DNA of 64,000 nt from the NCBI GenBank assembly GCA_951406725.2, contig OX597828.1:31806001-31870000 (forward strand). The letters are read 5' to 3'. The position numbers and the translations under genes were made by a program. The notes under the pieces are model-generated. The model was not told the DNA's origin. It searched no databases and was given only the letters and a program-made list of their open reading frames with translations. Below are positions 53,365 through 64,000 of this stretch, piece by piece (the first letter of the stretch is position 1; every line of letters begins with the position of its first letter). This DNA is from Octopus vulgaris. Lineage: Eukaryota.

Positions 53365-53607
53365 ATGTGTGTGTGTGTGTGTGTGGTATGTGGTGTATGT
53401 GTCTGTGTGTATGTATATATATTTAAATTTATATAAATAAGGAGAAGATCGTTAATTTCAAAATAAAACAACTAGTTTATCATTCATCTTGTCTCTTTGT
53501 TTTCTCTCCGTTTTGATAAATGGACAATTTAGGTGAGTTTTAGTGTCAGATCATGGCTGCTATTTTCAGCATGGTGGTATCTCGTAGATACCCTAATTTA
53601 TTTATAA

Positions 53608-53663
<56 letters not shown>

Positions 53664-53764
53664 TTTAGATACGTATGTTTATATATATGTATATATATAT
53701 GTTTATATATGGATAAGCATAAATAGTGTTTCTGTGTGTGCGTATGGGTGTGTGTGTGTGCGTA

Positions 53765-53990
53765 GGAAGGAACGTGGCTTAGCGTTTAGGGTGCAATCAG
53801 TAACCATAAGATTGTAGTCACTGTTCTTGGACTAGGTAATGAGTTGCAACTTCAGCAAAATTCTTCATTTCACTTTTTTGCGTTTCAGGCTACTGAGTTT
53901 CCAGAAAGGAATAATCGGGCGTCAGGCTTGAGTCCGTTCGGCGTCGAGAGGGATATGTAGGCCAAAGAACCCGGGCAAATGAATTTCTGA
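53765..53990 (+). mobile_element. Highly degraded tRNA-derived SINE (31700/18380-like)
   Basis: GTGGCTTAGCGTTTAGGGT head, ATAAGATTGTAG, AGCAAAA..CTTCATTTCAC. Confidence 0.5.
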
Positions 53991-54029
53991 ACTTATGTTT
54001 CAGCAGTATCATTCTCCTTCATTGTTTTT

Positions 54030-54118
<89 letters not shown>

Positions 54119-54239
54119 ATGTGTGTGTGTGTGTGTGTAAATAAATATATAAATATGAATGTGTGTGAGTATGTGTGTAGTGTGTAATGCATACATGTTA
54201 TTGCATGTCTATTGATTTACATATACATAATATGCATGT

Positions 54240-54314
<75 letters not shown>

Positions 54315-55056
54315 TGCGTATGTATTTATGAATCGATAGCAGTTTTTATATGATCATGCATTTATTTCTATAACTATGCCGCTATCCATGTAGTTATATT
54401 TATGAGTGTACAAATAGTAATTATTCTGTCAACGTGTTCATAGATAACAAATTGTTTAATCAATTTATAGATTTACTGTCTAAATCGAGATAACCGAAAT
54501 GCCTTTACAACTGACAATTCCTGATATATTAGCAGACATGAGATGAGTCAATATAGTAATTACGAAATGAATGGAAAGGAAATCAGCACAACTAAGACAA
54601 TAGAATTAATTAAAATACGGTTGTATGTAGACATTCTTCTTCGTCAGCTAATTATTATTATCACACTTGGTATGCCTTTACAACAACATAACATTGTTTT
54701 CCTTGTATTTGTTGCTATTCGGGGCTTAGTAAACCCCGATTAAGTACCCCTGCATTTAAATGCATCATTCAGAATCTGACTATCCCTGACTTGTATGTCT
54801 AGCATATTTCATGGGCTAAAACGTTATTTAAATTACTACGGTTTTTGTTAAGATTGTGATGTCGACGCTGACGCTGGAAGTGTTTGATATTGCTAACAGA
54901 GACCCGATCTGTGCTTTGTTGATGATATTCTTGCTGATGTTCCAGCATATGTATTTACTTGGAAAAGGAAGAGAAAATCATTTTCTCACGTAATTTTGTG
55001 TGACTGTGCATATATATATAAATGTATATATATATATATATATATATACATTCATT

Positions 55057-55091
<35 letters not shown>

Positions 55092-55574
55092 GAAAGAATA
55101 GATTCGAAAGCAAGAGGGAGTATTATTCTAAAGCTGTTTAATGACCACTAAGGGTGAACGAGGTCCATTCATTCTTAACGGAATACACCTCAAATATATA
55201 TATTTATATGGATAGATAGATATATAGATAGGTAGATAGATACCTAGATAGATATATAGGTAGATATCAGGTAAGTGACGTCAGTAATTGCTCAGGGTCG
55301 GCAGTTGGTGACCCTTCTGTAGTATAGCACGTAACGAAAAATGTGTTGTCGGAGTCTGCGTAGCACATGTACTACAGCAGTACTATGCTTAGCTTCCAAT
55401 ACTATCATTGAAAATATGGGCGAATTATGCGTACCGAATCTAAAAAAATACTAAATAATTTTACACTATATGCATAACAAGCAGATTAACCTTCATAATT
55501 TTATTGAATTAGGTGCGTATTTTGCTATAAAATGAAAAAAGTTTATCGATCTATATATTTCAAAGTTGGCACTG

Positions 55575-55722
55575 CCGACTGGAACTTCAGCCGCCAAAAG
55601 TGAACCATACAATAAGTATTAGGCTTACTATGAATAAATCCTGGGGGAGGGGGTTGTGCTCGTCTGAAGGCGGTGCTCCAGGTTGGCTGGAGACATATGT
55701 GGAAACAAGGAAAGCAATAAAA

Positions 55723-55725
<3 letters not shown>
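55575..55725 (+). mobile_element. 3' part of a 33676-family SINE, degraded
   Basis: AATAAGTATTAGGCTTAC..GAATAA..CCTGGG...GAAGGCGGTGCTCCAG...GAAACAAG. Confidence 0.75.
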
Positions 55726-55761
<36 letters not shown>

Positions 55762-55762
<1 letters not shown>

Positions 55763-55955
55763 TCTTTAACCCTTTTACTTGTTTCAGTTAATTGACTGTA
55801 GCCATACTGGAGCACCGCCATTGGTCGAGAAAATCGACACCTGGACTTATTCTTTGTATGCCTAGTAAGTATTTTATCGGTCTTTTTTGCCGAACCGCTA
55901 AATTACGGGGACGTAAACACACCAGCATCGGTTGTCAAGCGAAGTTCGGGGCAAA
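55762..55955 (-). mobile_element. 3' half of a 33676-family SINE
   Basis: Closely matches 33676-33870. Confidence 0.9.
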
Positions 55956-56089
55956 CACACACACACACATATATATATATATACATAGCGTGAGAGAGAG
56001 CGAGAAAGATAGACAGATTGATAGATCGATTGATAGATATATAGACAGATAGATAGATAAATAGATAGATAGATAGATAGATCCAATAT

Positions 56090-56124
<35 letters not shown>

Positions 56125-56514
56125 ACATATAAATCTATATGCAGACATACATACTTACATGCATTCACAGACACACACATACATTCTGCTTTTGAAGAGA
56201 GATTTTTCAAATTGCATTCCCTCGCTATCGGCAAACTGTATATTTATTATAGCAGTTTTGACTTTTAAAACCCTCATAGCATGAGGCATTTACGTGTAGT
56301 AATTCCCTTAATATTCTAAATGCATTTAACGGAAATAATTATAAATTTTCTCTATATGATTTTCATGCTGACTACTATAGTATTCTATATTTAAATTTAA
56401 TTTTACATATATATATATATATTCATACTCACATGCATACATATATACATATATATGCATATATATATATATATACATAAAAATACATACATCCATGCAT
56501 TTATATATATGCAT

Positions 56515-56557
56515 ACACACATACATACATACATACATACATACATACATACATACA

Positions 56558-56588
<31 letters not shown>
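56515..56588. repeat. (ATAC)n tetranucleotide repeat
   Basis: Directly visible. Confidence 0.95.
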
Positions 56589-56590
<2 letters not shown>

Positions 56591-58490
56591 TAGTCATTCT
56601 TTATATACATATGTTTGTTTTTGTATATGTGTATATATATGAAACCGAATATCTGCTACTGTAATTAGTAATGATAAAACAATATTTTAACATTAAACTA
56701 CTAAATAACATAGCTACAAAGAACACAATTTAGTGTACCACTATGCGATAAATGTTTGTAGTTTGAAACTTCGATGTTACTGTCACCACTCAGCTAGTAA
56801 AAAATAGAATACATAAACACAGGATCAAACACACATATACACACAGGTGTATACTCATATATAAAAATTGCCATGTCTTTTCGAAATAATACGAATTAAT
56901 TCTCTCTCGTAAGTTGTATTTAGTGAAAACAGTTCAGAATTCGTTCGTTTGTTCTTTCCATATAATATCAAATATTTCCATTAGCAGAAAGGAACAAATT
57001 ACTACTAACGTTTAGTGTGGTACCACCTATCTGTATTGAATCTACGTAGTCGCAGTCAGCAATGCACGTTCACTCCTTATATCACTTGCTACTATGATAC
57101 TCTCTCATTCATTAGTTTCAGGTAATTCAATACTATGTGTATCATTCGCGAACCGCAGCGGCTGTCGCTAACATGTGTCAGTATAAGTAGTAGTGGTTGT
57201 AAGAGTATTGAAGAAGGAAAATATTACATTTAATAATTATGGAGGTTAAACTATGAAATTTCACAATGCAATTGACGACACATGAAAGGCAAATGAAAAA
57301 AAAAATGAAAAAAACATCAGTTTTGCACGTTTCACATTCTGTAAAACGGGTTCATTTGCTGCATTTGAAAGGATACAATTTAACTTCTGTGACACGACGG
57401 GAATTTCTCATGGAGTAACGTTGACATTTGAAATATTTAGAAGTGGATCGATAGAACAGAAAATCTCAACAAAGGAATTACGGATTACGTTTTCCAGAAG
57501 CTGTTACTATGGGGACATGACAATTTCATTAGATTTTAAAACAGGAATGTCATTGATTTAATCTCCATTCGTACCTTTAGGTAAGCGAAGGTGTCAAGTG
57601 GCCTGTGACATCCAGTTGTATGAAATGAAAAAAAATAGAAATAAATTGATTCCAACGTCATTGTTATTCGGCCAAAATTCCTGTTCTGTGATATTAACAA
57701 GAGGAAGAATGTGATCTGTGGCATCAGGAACCACACTGTATGATTAGAAGACGAGAGAAGATTGAGAGAAAAATAAAACGCAAAACAAGATCAAACACAT
57801 CGATAAAAATAAACGGATCAAAACAAAATTAACATTTATTACGATAGTAATAGACTATAATTAAGAGAGTAATATTTAATAGCAAAAGCAGAATTTGTTA
57901 TAAACAATAAATATTCTCCGACTCTAGAAAATATATAGATAAAGTTATTGTTGCTGACAGTGGTGTCAGTTGTATTGTTGTTGACGTTCTTCTTTCTTTC
58001 AATTATGTCATTTGTTTTCTTGAAGGAAATTGAATTCCTGCTGATTTTGGAATTTTTGTTGAGAATAAACAGCAATGGCTTGACATTATCGAGATCAGGC
58101 TCAAGCAGAGTTCTTTACATAAACTTCTGCACGATAACAAAATAGTTTTTAATTATACAGAGCGTCCAATGTTTACACCACTACTAATTGCAACTGCATA
58201 GTGTGGTATATAATAACTAAATTGGTTCACTCACCAGCGGAAGCTAAATGTCTCGATCACGGACACTACAAAGCGTACGTGACGAAATGTGAAAAGTCAA
58301 ACTATAGTCCGGATGTTCGACTGTGTACCAACGCCTGAAATTATGGCACAGATTCTTGTAAATAAAGAAAAAGTAATCGATTGCGTATGTTGAAATATAA
58401 CGTATATTAAAATTAATCTAAGAATGATGTGATTTTCTAAATTTAAGAGCAATTTTATTAGATTTCACTTTGCTTAAAGTCGAAAATAAT

Positions 58491-58705
58491 AATGGTTTCA
58501 AATTTTAGCTCAGTGTTAGCAGTATTTGAAGGAAGGTGGAAATCCATTACATTGAATCCAGTTTTTCATTGGTAGTATCTTTACAGACGCTGGAAAGAAA
58601 AAGCAAAATTGACCTCGTGGGAGTATGAACACCCGAAATAAAACGGGTGGAACGCCGCTGGGTATTTTGCACGGCATGCTAACTATTCTGCCAGCTCACT
58701 GTTTT
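58491..58705 (-). mobile_element. Degraded SINE (13039 family)
   Basis: Ends ...GCTAAC.ATTCTGCCAGCTCAC (reverse complement of head); begins AATAATGGTTTCAAATTTT (reverse complement of tail). Confidence 0.75.
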
Positions 58706-58734
58706 AATGATAATCGTGTTGATAATAAAATACA

Positions 58735-58830
58735 AATAATAATGTTAATAATAATAATAACAACAACAGCAACAACAACAATAATAACAACAACAATAAC
58801 AAAAACAACAATAGTAATGATACTAATTAA
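58735..58830. repeat. Degenerate (AAT)/(AAC) tract
   Basis: Directly visible. Confidence 0.9.
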
Positions 58831-58854
58831 GAAAAGTATAATATAAAAACCATA

Positions 58855-60531
58855 TTTGACATGGATACAACCACAGAAACGATCAAGGAACAGGTATGTG
58901 CTAAAGCTGCCCGCATAGTAAGGTATGAAAAATTTCCTAGATTCTTCAAGGACAACATGTTCCAAAATAAACCCAAAAGTTTGTACGGGAAGATAGGGAA
59001 AACACCAGTTACAGTATGTTTCATCAAAAGAAGAAGTGCAGAGATTTCGGAAGAAATTTTGGGCAGAAGAAAAAACGCACAATGAAAGCCCGTTGGATTG
59101 ATAGAATATCTACAAACGTAGACACCTTAGAAGAGCAAAAGTGGGAGGGTGTCAAAGTAGAGGACGTACGATCTCTTCTCAAGAAGTCAAGCGAATGGAA
59201 GTATCCAGGAAAGGATAAAATTCCTAATTTCTTGTTGAATGTCTTCCCTGAGATCCATAATCTGGTAACAAAACTTTACAAGAATGTTAAACAATTAAGT
59301 GATTACATCAGGATGTAATTTGGCCTCGATCAATGTGCAAAAGCTACCTATATCAAAGGAAAAATGACAGAAACATCTAACGTTAACCTTGACCAGCAGA
59401 ATGTCATAAAGGAATTAGAGCCAGCGGAGAGCTACAAACACCTAGGGGTATTTGAAGGGGACGGAATCAAAACTTCAGTGATGAGGGAAAGGATCATTTG
59501 AGAATGTTATCGTAGGGTAAGGGCAACATACTAAAGACAGAGCAAATTGCAAGAAACAAGATCGAAGCGATCAATACTTTAGCCATACCAGTCGTGACTC
59601 AGATTTCAATATCATTAACTGGTCAATTATTAAAATATGTAATCTTGACAAAAAAATACGAAAAGTTTTCACAATGCATAGAATGCACCTCCTTAAAGTA
59701 GATATAGAACGACTTTATCTGCCAAGAAAAGGTGGAGGCCGTGGACTTTTATAACTGGAATTAACAATGAAGATTGCCACAATTGACCTAGTTACCTACC
59801 TGAAAAACGCTGAAGACTGGATGTTAAAACTTATCTCAAAACATAAAAACAAGAAAGCATCATACTCAGTAACAAAACAAACAAAGGAATATATAAGGTA
59901 ATTCCCAATACACTAATTTCCAGAATTAATCGTACTAGAAACAAATTCAGAACAAGTTATGAAAACCCGTGGTAAAACTGCTGCCTTAGATATTCTTACT
60001 GATAAATGGCAAGAAAAACTTCTCAATGGCAAATACCTAAAGAGAGCAAATAATACCGATGTTGACAAAGCCCTTACGCATCAATAGTTAATGGCTTCTC
60101 GCTCAAAATCAGAAACAGAAGGGTTCATCATAGCAGCCCGAGATCAATGCCTACCTGCAAGAAACTACCAAGCCAACATATTAAAGAACGGCAGTAGCCC
60201 AACATGTGTCTGTCAACAACAAAATAGGCATGATAGAGCTGCACAATTTATTCACTGAGTAATTTGCAAAAACGTGGACCTGCCCCATGATAAAAACTGG
60301 TAGGAACACAAACCACCTCCAGTGCTTCAAAATGATCACATCTCACTCATCTGGAACTTCACCATTCAAACGGACAGAAAGATAGAACTTCACCATTCAA
60401 ACGGGCAGAAAGATAGATGGAAATAGGCCAGACATTATATTGAAAGACTTCAGACAAACTCATGCCTCCTCATTGATACGACTGTCCCAATCGATATAAA
60501 CTTATCTGTCAAGACCTACCAAAAACTAAGC
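58855..60531 (+). pseudogene. R4/Dong-like retrotransposon remnant lacking the RT core; many stops and frameshifts; 3'-truncated
   Basis: AKAARIVRYEK..; WKYPGKDKIPNF; jump to DYIRM*FGLDQCA; YKHLG; RNKIEAINTLAIPV; DIERLYLPRKGGGRGL; ETEGFIIAARDQCL..RNYQ; RHD; WNFTIQTD; NRPDII..LLID..VP..KLS. Confidence 0.9.
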
Positions 60532-60662
60532 ACGATCTGAATTCAAATTCCGCCGTGGTCGACTTTGCCTTTCGTCCTTCGGAGTCGATAAAATATATAT
60601 TGGGGCCGCTGCAATCTACTGATCCGTTCCCCGAAATTGCTGGTTGTATGCCAAAATATGAA

Positions 60663-60706
<44 letters not shown>
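60532..60706 (+). mobile_element. 5'-truncated SINE (13039 family) with (ATT)n tail
   Basis: TCTGAATTCAAATTCCGCCGTGGTCGACTTTGCCTTT...GAAATTGCTGG...GAAATTATTATT. Confidence 0.82.
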
Positions 60707-61569
60707 CCACTTCGAGATTTTTTTGAAAATAAAATTATTGAAAACTGTATAAGTAATGAGGCTGGCACATTGACTCTGAACTGACTAATTTAATTTTCTA
60801 TTCTTTTACATTTTATCTTTGTGTTAGCAAAAAAAAAAAAATGTTTGAAGAAGATTTTTCAATGTGTTAAAAAATTCAATATTGTCTCACTCTGAGCAGA
60901 CACAATTTGCAAGTTTAGCGAAGACGATTGTATCTATGAGAATTCTTATCGCGATCAATTTATTGTAACTTTTACTTTAATATTACAAACATGATGAATG
61001 ATTATATTATTATATAAAGAGAAAGCAATTAAATTTCGATGGAATGATTGTTGTAGTATTCCGGAATAAATTATCAATATTGGAAGAAACTAAGACAAAA
61101 TCGCTATGATAGACGTGGTAATACTAAATATATTTGAAGATTTGTACCGAAACCAAACTCACTGAATAAGTCTGAATGACTTATACATCTGGATTATCTC
61201 ATAATGAAAATGTCATAAAGTAACACAATTAATGTGTTGATAATTACACTCGCTGCATTAGAAATAGTGATTTTAGTAACTCATCTGACAGATATATACA
61301 TATTAGGCCTTCATTAAGAATATATAAACGGAAATAATTATCCAGCTATTAATTTAAAATCGATTAATGCGCATAATAATAACTCTATACATGTCTGTCT
61401 TCTTCTTTTGATATCATTCAATTCTCACAAAATTCACACATATAGTCTCCCCCACACGTACATACTCGTACACATATGTCCCCGTGTGCACGCATGAACA
61501 TCTGTACATATTTACATATATGTGTGTGTATGAATATATACGTGTATGCATATACAAACACGCACACAC

Positions 61570-61627
<58 letters not shown>

Positions 61628-61745
61628 TTTGTATTTCTGTATATATATGTGTAAATATATGCGTGTGAATATATATATATATATATATAGATCGAGAGAT
61701 ATAGATGTAAGTGTGAATATATATCTATATGTATGTGTATATATC

Positions 61746-61788
<43 letters not shown>

Positions 61789-62029
61789 TTGTGTGTGTGT
61801 ATGTGTGTGTGTGTGCGTGTGTGTGTGTGCGTATGATATTGACACGCTTTTGCATATACCCAGAGGCCTTAAATAGTATGTCATAATATACCCACGTCTC
61901 AAGCAGAATTAAAGAAACATTTCAAAACTCTACCACCATAGAGCACAAAGTAGTTACCGCTCAGTGGTTATCGATCGGGGTCCAGACAGATCTTGTGGTT
62001 CCGTATGAGATTTTGTAATTGAAATATAT

Positions 62030-62420
62030 TCTTTTAGTCTTTTACGTATTTCTGTCATTTTGACAGTGGCGACGCAGGAACACGGCCTGAAATTGTCTTA
62101 ATCGAACAAGTCGACACCAGGATCTATTTTTGAAGCTTAGTACCAACTCTATGGGCCACTTTTATCGAACCACTGCCTTACGGGGACGTAAACACACGGA
62201 TACCTGCTTACATGGTGACAGTGACAAACACACACACACCCACACACATACAATATTTGTGGGGGTCGGGCTTCTTTCAGTTTCCGTCAACCAAATCAAG
62301 TCACAAGAATTTGGTCGGCCCAAGATTATGATATAAAGCCTTTGCCCAATGTGCCTCACAGCGGGACTGAACCCGGAGTCATGTGGTTGGGAGGCACGCT
62401 TCTCGACATGCAGCCACTTT
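62030..62420 (-). mobile_element. Degraded full-length SINE (33676 family)
   Basis: GGGGACGTAAACACAC, CTTTCAGTTTCCGTC, GGGACTGAACCCGG colinear with 33676-34090. Confidence 0.8.
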
Positions 62421-62599
62421 CGCAATAAATTTGCAATCTACAATAAATTTGTTATACAAATACAATACACAATATATTTTAATAATAATTTGTATCATAT
62501 AATCCCTAATACATGTTTTAAAATAAATAATAGGACTTTTTTAAAACATCGAAAGACTAGAAGAGTTCATACGAATTAATATATTGTTGAGAATCATAC

Positions 62600-63220
62600 A
62601 CACGAACATCCTTTTAGTAACCACCGACACCCGCCTGGGAACATCACAGCAGAAGATGAACAAATTTCTATGCTAAAAGCACATGCCCGAGTAATATCTC
62701 CCACTCCCCCCCAAAAACACGAACTACTCTGAATAACAGCCGTAACTAGTAAAGATGACCAGCTTAAACAAACCACCTGAATTCATTCATTTGTGAACTC
62801 CTAAAAAATTGGATTACAAAAAAGTTGACACACTTAATTTCTAAGATTTTAAGTAATTGACTAAACTTTCAACCTTACATTGCCAAAGCAAAGGTTTAAA
62901 TCCGAAAGAAAAATAATAAGAAACAAACAATAACTATAACTACTAACACTTCGCCTACCTACCGGCAAACAGAGAAACACGACTAAATATTTACATTTGT
63001 TTTCAAATTTCTACACATGCAAATAAATTCTAAACAATAAAATAATCCCCAAATTTAATGAAGATAAATTACTTCAAAACACTCCTCCATAACAATCCAC
63101 TTAGTTAACATTCTACTCGAAATCTGACACCCAAGAGAGGATTTAAAATAAAGGTTACCTCTAATACATTGCAGTCCAACGATGACTTCATTGCCAGAAC
63201 TTCGAGGTCACTAACAATGC
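62600..63220 (+). mobile_element. Possible Penelope-like N-terminal remnant
   Basis: A/C-rich block; STRNLTP.....NKG resembles the PLE 'S...LT..E..LL.KGL' motif. Confidence 0.25.
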
Positions 63221-63717
63221 ATGTATTAATTCATATTTATTACATTTATACGTTTTGTTTTTACGCTGTATTCCTCGAAGTGTCTTATAAGAACGAAACT
63301 AGATCATGTGGTTTATGCAATTCTATGTCATATGCGCATGATATTGGTGTAAAAACACAAGGAGTTTATGTAACGTGAAATTACCAATTTAAAACTACAC
63401 AGGAATATGTTGAATTATACAAATTGATGTTTTAAATAATAACTATATTTCAAGAAGAATTTGAGTGAAAGAGAATATCATCATTTTCTCTGTGAAGTAA
63501 AATTTAAATGCATATTGCCATTAAAATTTAGATGTTCAATAATATATGGAAATAAGAATATAAAAACAGATACGCATAACAGTAGCAAAGTGTTTCCATG
63601 AGAGGGTATGTGTTCAACAGCTAAAGAAATGCTAATTATGCGTCTACAAATATCAAAATGACAAAAAATGTGTGTGTCAGAGGAATACAGATAAAAAAAT
63701 CACGCCTGCATAATGAG

Positions 63718-63945
<228 letters not shown>

Positions 63946-64000
63946 ATAGTTATACATATATAGATATATGTGTATATATATGTATATGGATATACATATA

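Overview
AT-rich, microsatellite-dense animal genomic DNA. The SINE families and repeat landscape resemble octopus (inference from remembered repeat sequences, not a database search). I find no intact protein-coding gene, rRNA, genuine tRNA or CRISPR array, and most ORFs in the track are microsatellite read-throughs. The window is a transposon graveyard. (i) At ~0.7-5.9 kb, a head-to-tail stack of at least 6 remnants of R4/Dong-like non-LTR retrotransposons (restriction-like endonuclease, RLE), each separated by (TAA)n, plus another internally deleted copy at 58.9-60.5 kb. (ii) Many tRNA-derived SINEs from several modular families, including two closely spaced inverted pairs. (iii) Penelope-like element (PLE) remnants (GIY-YIG) and about ten hammerhead-ribozyme-like motifs, including a recurring family with a non-canonical core. 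(iv) A mariner deletion derivative, a maT/Tc1-mariner fossil and a non-autonomous Helitron. (v) Degraded RTE-, L1/Tx1- and CR1/L2-like LINE pieces. Two weak candidate minus-strand exons lie at 57.6-58.3 kb. Boundaries of degraded elements are approximate.
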